From positions 62,001 through 126,000 of the forward strand of contig JAKMXF010000362.1 in the NCBI GenBank assembly GCA_024704765.1: DNA of 64,000 bases, written 5' to 3'. Origin of the DNA: Oopsacas minuta. Taxonomy: Eukaryota > Animalia > Porifera. This document shows, in pieces, positions 36,085 to 47,800 of the stretch. Both the position numbers and the translations under genes were made by a program. How positions within the stretch are numbered: the stretch's first letter is position 1; every line of letters starts with the position of its first letter. The notes under the pieces are model-generated. The model had not been told where the DNA came from and did no database searches. It saw nothing but the letters and a program-made list of their open reading frames with translations.

Positions 36085-36329
36085 TAAATGAAGTCCCGAG
36101 CATTATATAGGATGTCCAAACGTTATGTAACCAAGGGGGGGGGGGGCGCGGGTAATTGAATAACTGAACTAGACCGACATGACTATCAACTAAGACTTTA
36201 CCACCGATTAATCAGGTCGAATTGTTTAGCCAAAGTGGGCCTATTAAGACTGTAAACACATTTACGCACCTACGTAACAATACAGAAGTTATACTGGATA
36301 ATTTAGTTATCGCAGTAATGTATATAAAA

Positions 36330-38111
36330 TCATAGTTTAGAATCTTCTAAAGCTGTATGAGCTTGAGAGGTTAAAATATCCTTCATTTCAAATAAACTAG
36401 ATACTATTTCTCTACACAGCTGGGTTGAAGTCACACTAGTACGAGATAGTATAGTAGTGAGGGTAAGGATAATGTGGTTAGGAGTTGACGAGTATCCAAT
36501 GAAATGTCCGTTGGTGAGGGGAATTGTTCCAAGAAAAGGGACTGATGTGAAAACAGAACTAATAGCTAGTTTAGGTTCAATGAACAATTCAAAATGAGAG
36601 TTATGAAACAAATCAACAGATAAATTCTCTTTCTCCGCTAAATATCTCAGAGCTTGTAGATGCTTAACAAACACATGACCTCCACTAGTCTCAGATAACA
36701 ATAGTTTGTATGTGTTGGTAGCTCTTAACATCAGCCTCCATCTCTCTCTATCAGACTGACTGCTTGTTGTCATAGATTCCACAAATGTCTTCATATCCTC
36801 ACTGACTGTGATCGGATGCTCTAGACGTCCTTCTCTGAAGCTTCTCATAGAAACAGTTTGATAGCTAGCTGTCAGCTGATTGTACAGCTTATAGTAAGCT
36901 AGCTGGATAGCTAGCTGAATGAAACCATGGAAATATACTCCATAATTCTTAATCAGGTCTCTTCCAAAGCTTTTCACATCAACATTACACACATCATAAT
37001 CACTATACCAATTTATCATTTGTTTCTCAGCATTTTCTAAATTGAGCAAACTCTTTTGAGAAAGTTCCCATTTGATTTGTTCTACATTCAAACTAGAATT
37101 TATACGTTTTGTATCATCGAAAGAAATTCCTGGTTCAGGAAGAGTATCAAAGAAGTACGGTACAACACCATCTAATAAGGCGTGATCAGATATCCAAGTT
37201 TTGTAACCATTTTGGGTAAATACAGTAAGTAAACCCAATCCAAACCAACGATTGTAAAATTTGAAATTCTCTCGTATATCCCCGAATCTCTGCATTTTTG
37301 GTATCTCATTATCATCTCCATTAGTACATTCATCTATGCATAGTCCGAATAGACTAGTTTCAATCTCCCTCAAAGAGCTAGCATTGATAGAAGAATCCTG
37401 TATCAGCTGTTCTCTAGCTGATGACCAGCTGTCTCTGTCTAGAGCTGTCAACAGACTCACAGGTGCATGACTCTGTGTCTCCTCACTACCAGAACTCATC
37501 ACCTGAGATAGTAACTGGTACATTTCTTCCACACTCAGAGACTTGTTTCCATCAGCCGGGTTGTACACAGGCATTCTGTATATCCTACCAGCATACATCA
37601 CTATAATGTGTTTGCTATGAGGGGAGAATACCTGAGTATCGATTTTAGGTTTAGGCACTCTGTATCCACCAACCAACCGAATGTACTGACTCATGCTCTG
37701 TGGAACTCTACCTATCATTTCTTGAGGCAATCTCTCATCACGGATAGTCTCCATCAATCTCACCATACTGAAGAGATGCTGGGATATAGCTAGCAGCATT
37801 TCTTTGTGAGTAGACCATTTCAGTCTAGTTTTAAGTGTAGTTTTACCGTTAGTAAAGAGGAGAGAGTCTCTGTTGGAGAGATATCTGGTGTCTACCCACA
37901 CACGTGACGCCCAGTTGTCCGTCTCTTCTGCGAATGTTAACAATCTATTCTGGAGATACACACCCTCTCTCTTTGAAAAGGAGTTTGTAGACTTGATTAG
38001 TTGAGAATGCTGAGTCTGTGTGGTTAGCGGCTTCATAGCTGTCAGGAATCTGTCCAGAGTGTCAGACAGAGCAGGAACAGGTAGTTTGGGGAGAATCTTA
38101 TAGCGAGACAT
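36330..38111 (-). CDS. Choline/carnitine O-acyltransferase family, copy B (593 aa), C-terminal SKL
   Basis: Same motifs as copy A; the catalytic region reads DHALLDG; the protein ends ...EDSKL. Confidence 0.88.
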   Translation of the reverse strand: MSRYKILPKLPVPALSDTLDRFLTAMKPLTTQTQHSQLIKSTNSFSKREGVYLQNRLLTFAEETDNWASRVWVDTRYLSNRDSLLFTNGKTTLKTRLKWSTHKEMLLAISQHLFSMVRLMETIRDERLPQEMIGRVPQSMSQYIRLVGGYRVPKPKIDTQVFSPHSKHIIVMYAGRIYRMPVYNPADGNKSLSVEEMYQLLSQVMSSGSEETQSHAPVSLLTALDRDSWSSAREQLIQDSSINASSLREIETSLFGLCIDECTNGDDNEIPKMQRFGDIRENFKFYNRWFGLGLLTVFTQNGYKTWISDHALLDGVVPYFFDTLPEPGISFDDTKRINSSLNVEQIKWELSQKSLLNLENAEKQMINWYSDYDVCNVDVKSFGRDLIKNYGVYFHGFIQLAIQLAYYKLYNQLTASYQTVSMRSFREGRLEHPITVSEDMKTFVESMTTSSQSDRERWRLMLRATNTYKLLLSETSGGHVFVKHLQALRYLAEKENLSVDLFHNSHFELFIEPKLAISSVFTSVPFLGTIPLTNGHFIGYSSTPNHIILTLTTILSRTSVTSTQLCREIVSSLFEMKDILTSQAHTALEDSKL

Positions 38112-39941
38112 TTATCCTTTCCTCTTCCAATTTGTTATTACAAACAGTTATCTAAATTTTGAAAGAACTAATTTCAAACCAAAATGAAATGAATATCAAT
38201 CATAGATAGTTGGAAATTGAAATGTAAGAGGGACGAATGGAGTTGGCATAGACTTTGTTCTAGCTAGTACGTGTTGTTATTAGTGCAAATCTTGCTCACA
38301 CTTCAGGGGATATATCGGAATATCGCTTTAGTAATTGAAATATTATTCCAATGCTCTTGACACAAGCAGTGGGCATACCAAGCACCTTTGGTACCCGGGA
38401 CGGAATCTGAAGTTGGTACCCCGTTTTTCTGTATTTTATACAATATATAGCTAAGTATATTGTACATATTCCAGGTGGCCAAAAATACGGGCCCCGTGCA
38501 CTTTCAGGCCAACTTGAAACCATTCGTCAAACAAGGCAATAATAATATATTTATTTCCGTTTTTTTGGCCCGCCCTGTATGTGAGATGGTTATTTTCCAA
38601 CATATGTTTTGAATGTTATATAATGTAGGCATGATGAGTTTATTTTGTTAGATAAACTTATTATAGTTTAGCGGGTATGTATAGGAACGCAGTAACTACA
38701 TCTGGGATCTCAAAAATATAATAATATAATGTATCTCTCTCAGTCAAGGTTGGCACCCCCCTTGGTACGCCACTGGTCACAAGTTCATAGTCACTGCGAA
38801 TATCAGTAGTGAAATATGAGCCACACTTAACGTAATTCGTGAATGAACTGAACTTGCGTCAATTAGAGATGAACTGAATTGCATTCATTCAGTACGTTCG
38901 TAAACCTTTCATTCCCTGTGTCTTTCCTCATGTCTATTTCATATCACGCCTCAACCTGACGCTTTGAGTAATCAAATTCTGGGCTATTGAATACGTTACC
39001 ACATGCGGATATCGCATGCGATAATGAAAATGAATATAGCCAAACATCCATTTTTTATAATCAATTTTTGTCCCGTATTTACAAATTTGTCATGTATATT
39101 CGTATAATTCATCTCTTAGCCGATGTAGATGGCTTTTTAAGTACTAGATGTATGTGCCATTTGTACTGTATGACCCAGTGCAAAAATTCCAAAATACAAT
39201 AATTAGAGCAATGTAATTAACTACGTGATTCGAAAAATATCAAACTCATCAACGAGATGTCGCTTCAAAAGACCCTAGAAAGAACAAAGAGAAATATTAC
39301 TTTAATCTAGCATTAAAACTTTGCTCAATAATAATAATAATAATGAGACAAATTACATTTTACTTACCACCTGTAAATACTATCATTTTGTATATGGTTA
39401 TTAAAACAGAGGAAGTGATGTAAATATTAATGAGCTGTGATATCATGTTGTACATATTCATACAACGAGAGCGATAAGAGTGAGCTGGTAAAAATTTATA
39501 GACTTTTTAGCTCTTATATATTGAAATTGTCTCATGTTATGCTCTTATGGAGATGATAACCCAAGCTGTATTTGCCATGAAGAATTTAGACATTTTTGGA
39601 ATGCTGGTTATAGTGTGACTTGCCTGGCCCGCTGGTTGGGCCAACTTAATGCTGGTCACTTGGTGTCTATGGAATACCTTTTTCACTTGTGAACCTATTA
39701 TTACCTAGTACGTTATACATGGAAATTAATCATTCAATGAACAGAATATTAACATCACAATTGCTAGAATGAAATATCCTATGAAAATTTTGGAATTTAG
39801 CCCTGACCCTTTAAGATATTTTCTGGGATATCATTCCGTCCCATTCCTGAAATATACCCAGTACAGAATTGTCCCATTTCGTATTGGGTATATTATCATC
39901 TATTTCAATACGATATTAGTGTCAATCATTAGATTAGTATA

Positions 39942-41192
39942 ATGACAAATGGTGAATATGAAATACACGATGAACTAGACGTACTATCTCCTGTTCCGAT
40001 AGTCTCCTTCCTCCACTCTAACTCTCCTCTACCTCCTGACGTCATATCAGATCCTAACTCCTCTAGAATGCAATTCTCTATCACTCCTCCTACAGACTCA
40101 TCTGATACAATATTCACTGCTACAACAAGCAATATGACGTATGAAGCTACACCCCTTACTAACCAGATCACTAGCTACTATATAGCTGTTAGAGATAAGA
40201 ACTCAGGTAATATTAGACTCCTCCCTACTCAAATATTCCAACTCTCTCCTAAGATTAAATCCAGACAGCTAACCTCATCACCTACTGAGGAGAAGGAAGA
40301 ACGTACTTACAGACAGAAACAAGCTGAACTAGTACGTGCTTTCGGAAGTTCTAAAGATAAGAGAAAGCTAGCCTCTGCTGAGCGTAGTGCTAATGATCCA
40401 GAGCTATTAGCAGATACTATAGGACAAGCTCTTAGCTCTGTGAAGCAATCAGAGAATGGAGTGATTGAGGATAACACGTCTGAGTCTCTGCTCCTTCCTA
40501 TACACCATCCTGATACCGATCAACCAGCTGACATTTATCTGCTGGAAGAGTTGATACCTGAGACAGTACTAAACTCAGTGTCTAGCTACGCGCGGGAGAT
40601 ACGAACAGCTGATATCCAGCTGTTAAAGGAGTGGAGAAAGGAAGGGAAGTATCAGAGTTATGTATTGTCGTGGTTTAATGAAGAGCGATTGAATCAACTG
40701 AAGGAACACTCAAGATATCATTACAAACCTCTATTGAGAGGATTAGTATGTCTACACTTCTTGCTAGCATTCTATCTCATTCCTATCCGTAAGAAATACA
40801 GCTCTAGTCAGCTGATAGAAGATGTGGATTTCTTTCCTGTAGAACTCAGGGATTTCTGTCTTGCTTCATTCGCTGATAAGAGCGCTGGCATAAGCGAGGG
40901 TAAAGCTTACTCTCTCAGTAAGAAACTCAAAGACAAGCTATTACTATTCATAATTACTATATCTGTAATATTAGAAGATTATAAGATGGATCCTAGTATC
41001 CTTATATCTAATCTTCAAATACAGCCAGATTCAGCAAGGAAATATTTTCTATCTGTTGGGTGTAAATTCGTCTCAAACTTCCCTAAGAAACGGAAAATAG
41101 AAGAAGGAGATTCTAGTGATGTCTCTCTCAAATTATTTCTACCAGCTCCACTCCAGTTACCAAAGAGATCTTTTTTTAGAAAAAAGTTTTGA
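39942..41192 (+). CDS. POLR1E: RNA polymerase I subunit RPA49/PAF53-like
   Basis: L-x-x-AFGSSKDKRKL, P-x-H-x4-QPADIYLLEELIP, KLKDKLLLFI, YFLSVGC and a basic C-terminus match the A49 family as recalled. Confidence 0.75.
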   Translation: MTNGEYEIHDELDVLSPVPIVSFLHSNSPLPPDVISDPNSSRMQFSITPPTDSSDTIFTATTSNMTYEATPLTNQITSYYIAVRDKNSGNIRLLPTQIFQLSPKIKSRQLTSSPTEEKEERTYRQKQAELVRAFGSSKDKRKLASAERSANDPELLADTIGQALSSVKQSENGVIEDNTSESLLLPIHHPDTDQPADIYLLEELIPETVLNSVSSYAREIRTADIQLLKEWRKEGKYQSYVLSWFNEERLNQLKEHSRYHYKPLLRGLVCLHFLLAFYLIPIRKKYSSSQLIEDVDFFPVELRDFCLASFADKSAGISEGKAYSLSKKLKDKLLLFIITISVILEDYKMDPSILISNLQIQPDSARKYFLSVGCKFVSNFPKKRKIEEGDSSDVSLKLFLPAPLQLPKRSFFRKKF

Positions 41193-43094
41193 TTAATTTA
41201 AGATAGTATTGAAAATATTAATTACTGTCTCTTTACCGCTTATCTTCAAATATTGGGTGAATTGCGGTTGTTATTACTAGGAGTTATACTCCCAGCTCCC
41301 GATCCATTTTCACCTCCAAATTGTGTATTTTACTCTCGATTTTTATTCTTACTTTACTATCAAATTACATAACCGCAAATAATGGAAGCATTTTCTAAGT
41401 TACGAGAATTTAATTCTTCTATGTCTCTTCAGAGGTATTAGTGATAATAAAACATTATAAAAATACAGTCAAATGTGAATAGCCTCTCGTATCTCTTCAT
41501 TTTGTATTAAAATGAATTGTAATACTTTTCCGTTTCTAATCAATTTGGTATTTAACACTTCTTAGTTTAATCAAACAAGCTAAATTGTGTAGATATCTTC
41601 TAAGTAGTAGATTCGCATCACTATTGCTTATATAATAGCTATGTATTGATATTTCAATTTTAGTTACAAAACTTCATTGATTATATTAAAGAATACTTAC
41701 AGCAGTTAACAACTTAACTGCTATCGAAAAGGTTTTAACCGCGGCCTTAATTCGTTTAACCAGCCCTAGCCCTGCCAACAGTTATGAGAGGCTGCTTCTT
41801 GAGAGAGTAGTCAGGCTCACATTATTTCAACCCTTACTTATGGGTAGCTTCAGTATTGTTTTTCATTTGTTGCCATTTATTTATCCTTTATGGAGTTGAG
41901 TTTTGTTACGAATAGTATTGAACTAATACGTACATGCCTATTTTAAGTTGTGTAACTTGAGAATACCAATTGACCTCAATGGTTGTTATCGTAATCACTG
42001 TTAATTAAGTTAATTTTATTGGGTATTTATAGTATAAATATATTTACATATTAGCTAGATAGTATGTGAATAAGCTGCATATGTCATATCCATACGACAT
42101 ATAACCACTAATAGAAATTAGTTTATTCCTTCCCCAGCTGATAGGAATAAGTATTTCTGTCTAATATCAGAATCCCCCGCTGAATGCAGCGTCCTCGTGT
42201 ACACACAACTCCTGTTTCTTTACTCACATGTTAATCATCTCGTTCCGTATTGGATTATATCATCTATCGCTCCTTTCATAGTAGTCCACTAAGTAGAAAT
42301 AACAACAACAGGTATGGATTCAGTGTAGAATGGCTTCATTATTTCCTGTATTATAGTGTAATCCATCTGACCACTAACCTCAGTGGGACATTGTACACAA
42401 GCTTCAAACGAATCTTCACAGAAGAATATTATCAATGAATGATGTGTCTCTGTTGGTATGAGGAGGTTTGGTTTTATGGGTTTGAACTTTTTGAGCCAAC
42501 TTCAACGCAGCTAGATTTTCAATGAATAAAAAATGTGTTACAATTTGGAAATGGTCGAATTATCGGACAGATTTGTATGAGATTCATGTAAGAGTTTCAA
42601 GAGAAAATGTCTTAGTTAATTAAAGTAACAAACAAACAAAAACACACAATATTGTTTAAATTCATTTGAATAGGAAAATTGTAACAATTCAAGCTAATTA
42701 ACAACTAACGATTACGCAGCTGAGAGCTAATCATTTCGCTAATTTTGCACACAATTTTTGGTATAAAGAATGATAATCAAAATTGATGGAAAATTTTGAT
42801 AACATTGAGATAGCATACATACTTTTTAAAATAACTTACTGGGGCGTAACTAGAATCCTCAGCGCGAAGAGCTTGTAGACAAGGTTAAATATTGCCTACA
42901 TTAGTATATTTACAGTTAATTATGCGTAATCCTGATATGCACCTAATCCTGATAATTTATAATGTCCCCGTTCAATTAGCTATGTTTTGTATGTTTGTCC
43001 ATGCTCGAAATCTGGATGTGCATAATTCGGTGTAGCAGCCCAGAATATACCCAGTAGTATGATATGAGCTAGACAGAATATACTACATACCTTA

Positions 43095-43307
43095 ATTATG
43101 TCATGTGCAGAAGTGTGGGGCGTCTGGTGTCATCTAATTATTCATAAAGCCCACCATACACAATGCAATTTTTGAATGAAAACACAACATAACATTGTTG
43201 CACCGTGTATATTACTTTGTTGCATGCAACATATTTGCATCATACATGGTGGGCTTTTGAATAATTAGATGACACCAGACACCCCACACTTCTGCACATG
43301 ACATAAT
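43095..43307. repeat. Near-perfect inverted repeat (62/63-bp arms, 88-bp spacer)
   Basis: Arms 43095-43157 and 43246-43307 differ by one substitution and one indel. Confidence 0.9.
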
Positions 43308-43920
43308 ACCGATAGTATAGTATGTCCTATCCCACTTCATACTCTGTATATTCTGAGCTATCCCACTTCATACCCAGGGGTATAATCTGTCAAAGGACAG
43401 GACAAACCTGGGTATGATCTGGACTGATACACAGAAAAACCGGTTATGATTTGGGATTATTCTATTTATGCCAAATTCGGACATACGTGCACGTGTATCA
43501 TTTTCGACTAGTGTACATCGGACTTAGTCCTGTTCAACCTGACCACTATTTTGGAGCTGTTAGTACTGCTGCTATGAATAGTTAGTTTCTAAACCAGACT
43601 ACTAATGTACTTCTAAATCCTTGCTTAATGTCCAGTGACACATTAACATATCGTTTAAGCCATTGAGGCACTAAATGCATTGTACTGCTCACGAAGGTAC
43701 CTTGAGCACCTAATTTACAGGTATACCATCTACATTTCACAACCATAGATGAGTATATAACAAATACTTATTTGCTAAGCCTAATATACACTTTAGATAA
43801 ATTCTGATGGATTCGTGTCATCACTGGACGATTCATCAAATTCTCAATGTATGACAATTCTGGTTACTTTACACACTAGATTGATAGTAGTGCGTTATTC
43901 CGAATGCTTAGTATAATCAG

Positions 43921-44292
43921 AGCATTAAGTAGCGCGGTGCTCATATTTTGAAGAGCGGGACCTGGACCGCACTCCATTTATGATTCAGGAGTGGAATGGG
44001 GAGCAGCGCACACACTGGAGCGCGCTTCTATTTAATTGCAAACAATTTACAAATTTCATTGTTATTCTGCATAAAATTTAGTATTCTTGCTATAAAAAGT
44101 GAATGCTGGGAGGCTTTGCATAATTCACAATTTATTGAAAAGGTTGATGTTGCACATTTAGTAATTTCTCCGATGTATGATGGTTAAATTCAATCCTGAT
44201 TACTTAAATACAAATCTAAAGTAAATCTGAAAGAATGAAAAGTGGGAGCACGGAGCGAGAGCCTGCTCCAAAAGATGAAGAGTGCTTAATGA
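43921..44292. repeat. Dispersed MITE-like repeat, copy 2
   Basis: Homologous to about 1060-1415; imperfect inverted ends CATTAAG...CTTAATG. Confidence 0.75.
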
Positions 44293-44336
44293 TCTGAGCA
44301 TAATATGTATTTGTAAATTAGAATTTCGTGTGCAAA

Positions 44337-44745
44337 ATGGCTCATAGAATTTAAATAGGAGATAACCCATTTCTGTTACAAATAAAAGAGTGAGAACAGA
44401 GCTACAAGAAAACATAGCTCTCGCTCGTGATGTGCTGAATACGAGAGAATCATTATTAATGTCAGAGCTGCATTATCTAGAGGCTAAATACAGGGGTAAT
44501 AAAGTTGCTGAGTAAATTCTAGAATTGTCTCGAACGAAGGAACAAACTGTTTCTACTCTTAGAAACTGTTATAATAGATAATTCTTGGGAGTAGGTGTAG
44601 CTCAGCTAGATACTCGCGTTAGAGAGCTAGAAGCTAGTCTAGCAAAAACTAGAGATAGCATGAGTAGTATAGAAGTGCAATGGGATGGAAATCTGGAGAG
44701 TATATTGAAAGAGACGGGGTCTCTTCAAGTTAAAAGAGCATCTGT
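44337..44745 (+). pseudogene. N-terminal coiled-coil fragment of the NHL family, truncated
   Basis: RVRTELQENIALARDVLNTRESLLMSEL...QLDTRVRELE...IEVQWDGNLESILKETGSL, with internal stops and a frameshift. No NHL repeats follow. Confidence 0.55.
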
Positions 44746-44819
44746 GATTACCAAAATTGTTAACCCTTCTCTACTGATATTACTTCATCCCTCAGTCCCT
44801 CCATTGCAAATTCGCCCTC

Positions 44820-47800
44820 CGTTGATTATTTTGTGAATAACCAAGAGCCTCATGTTGATATTAATCTCTAAACTGAAGCATCTAATAGTTTAATCTACCA
44901 TAATTTTCCTATATTTGCTGAATATGAAACATTTCACAATGTATTAGAGGATAATCTCAATAATACAACTGATTTGGATTCTCTAATTGAAACTCTCCAA
45001 TACACTATTGATGAGAATTCATCAACATATCCTGATCTTAATTCTGCTATTGAAACTTTCCAATTTGCTATAGAGGATAATACATATGTACATCCTAATC
45101 TTCATTCTCTTATTGAGAATATTTGGAATAATATTTCCATATATGCTGATTTCAATACTCAGTCTATTACTCATGATGATCTTGAAATGAATATTCAATA
45201 TGAAAAACTACAACGTATGGAAGATAACACAACCATCCCACATTATTTTGACTATTTCAATCTCAAAGTATCGAGAATTCTATTGAAGAAGACGGGAGGC
45301 TCCATACTGTATTTGATTTGAAAGAACAGCTAATCTATAACAATAGAGGTCTCTGTTCGAATAAAACCTCGAATTCTAAAATTGAATTTCTTAAATCTCC
45401 AATTGAGGATAATGGATTAGGACATGATCCAACCCAATCACTTGATAATCCCGAGGTTACTGTTGACACTATTTCTCGGAGTATAAACGTGGATCCTCTC
45501 TATAATGACCGACCGTATTATCCTCTAACAGATGTAAATGAATTCCGTGATACTCTAACTATAGAAACTACAAGAAATACTCTCATTGAATCTACTTTAC
45601 ACAACTTTATACTTCATTACTATCCACTCTTGATTATACGTTAGCTACACTAGCAGAGGAACCAAGGGAAGATCTGCCTATCTATATATCATCTGATGAG
45701 CCAGAGATTTATGTTGTGCAACCTGACCTATACACTCAGATTGAACTGAATGATAGGAAAGATTTTGAGCTTAATATTTCTATTTCTAATCTTGCCACGA
45801 GACCGAAACATGATCTAGATATTCTAAAATCATTGTCTGACGCGATTCCTAAATGTCAGCTTCCGAACAAAACAATAAAGCTCCGAAAGGATCCTATCAT
45901 GCCATCGGCTTTGAACACAGAATTTGTTTTTCCCGATATCAGTTTCGGAGAACATTATCCTGTGAAGTCAGTAACCAGATCTGAGAGAGAAAAACAAGTT
46001 CATAAACCTGTGATACGTAAGAGAAAAAGGAAATATCGTTATTATGGTGCCAAAAACATCCAAAAAGAAAGGACACTTTTTCGTTAGAAATAAGCTCCAA
46101 AAGGATATGTTAAAGAATAACAAAAATATTTTGACTGCCAAATCACTCCATTGCGGAACTTCACAAGGAAATACGGGCAAGCATACTTCTGATAAAACTC
46201 AAATAAAACCCAACATTACTCAGTAAGAAACAGAGGGATAGTCCTTATATAAAATTTCGTAACATATATATCCCTAAATCATATAGATACTTTACCGATG
46301 CATATAACTCTATGCGATATGTGTCACATAAATAGTACTTAAATTTGAAGAACATTTCAACACGCCTTATTTAAAGAAAATAAAGCTGCCAGAATCCCAG
46401 CCTGATGGGATTATTGTGATGAAAGATTAATGGAAGTAGCTCCTGTACCTACTCACCAGCTCAGGGCTTAAGACTAATGAATATAGAAATCCTCTCTGAA
46501 GTATTCTCTAAACTCGCATGTCCTAGTTTAGTTCGTAAGAGGTTACAACTATTTAAGTGTGCAAACAAGAGAGGACTACAAACAACATTTGTATTGTTCT
46601 GTTCTAGTTGCGGTCATATCGTGACGAGATTCTGCCCATCTACACATTTGCATAAATCCATCCAGCACAGTATAGGGCTTAATGTTAACGATCGAGAGGC
46701 TTCTGAAGTAAATGTACGTGCTTTGCTGGGGTATACACGACCAGTTTAACTTGGAAAGGATTCAGAAAGTTTGGTAAAATTATGGACCTCCCTACTCCCC
46801 AAACTCAGATGTGGTAATCCGAGCAGGACAGGTTTGCAGATATAGTATTAGCAGAGGTTGAAGATTCCATGAAGAAATGGAGTAGGATTATCGCAGAGCG
46901 TGAGGATTCCTTGCCATCCATCCGTCCGAATTGTGCTGAGATAGCAGTTAGTTTTGATGGGTTGTGGAAGCAGAGAGGCCATTATAGCAATGTTGGTTCG
47001 CAGCGGTGATAGAAAGTATATCCAAGAAGGTTGTAGACTATGAGTTACTGAACAGAAACTGTACTTATTGTTCCAAATGGACAGCTAGCATGATAGAAAT
47101 AGCCCAACCGAGCATGACGGATGGCTTGTAGCTTACAAGCCTCAGTGCAGTGCAAATTTCCACGGTACCAGCTTAGACATAGAAGCAGAAGCAGCTATGC
47201 GTCTATGGAACCGGCCTGAAGACCGTGGACTCGTCTACAAGGTATTCATCGGGGATGGAGACGGTAGCGGGTATAAAAGCGCGGTAAGGAGCGGGGTGTA
47301 TAACGGAGAGGTAGAAATACACAAAGAGGAGTGTGTAGGACATTTACAGAAGAGATTAAAGAACCATTTAATGAAAGCTAAAAAGAATACAAAAAAATAA
47401 CAAGTATATACAACATGCCCTGGAGGAGCATAAAGCCGATAGAATAGGTCATCTATTCGCTATCGTGGTTGGACAACATAAAGGGAAGACTCCTGAGGAA
47501 ATGGATAATGGTCTATGGAGACTGTTATCACATATAGTGAGGATCATACGGATTGTCCTCCTGGTAAAAACTCATATTGCGTGTACTAAAAGGCATTATT
47601 TCGTCATCAAAATGACCCGAATCAACCCGCCCCTAAAACACGGAAATGCTATTTCAGTGACATAGACCTTGATAAGATAAAAGAAGAGTTTAAAGTATTT
47701 GCTAGTATTGATGTCTGTAGTCATCTAACCCTAGGTGCTAGTCAGAATATTAACGAGAGCCTACACGCCACTATCTGGGGGAATTGTCTCAAAATTAAAT

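Noticed and set aside
5270-37793. Antisense or overlapping ORFs such as 5270-5671, 6799-7152, 9218-9637, 13008-13481, 21946-22284, 29050-29493, 32892-33077 and 37608-37793
   Set aside because: They are shadows of well-supported CDSs with no motifs. The last two are near-identical only because the host genes are duplicated.
43160-43180. Sm-site-like AATTTTTG in the foldback spacer as a spliced-leader RNA or snRNA
   Set aside because: It is a short motif expected by chance in AT-rich DNA, and no supporting donor or stem-loop layout was seen.
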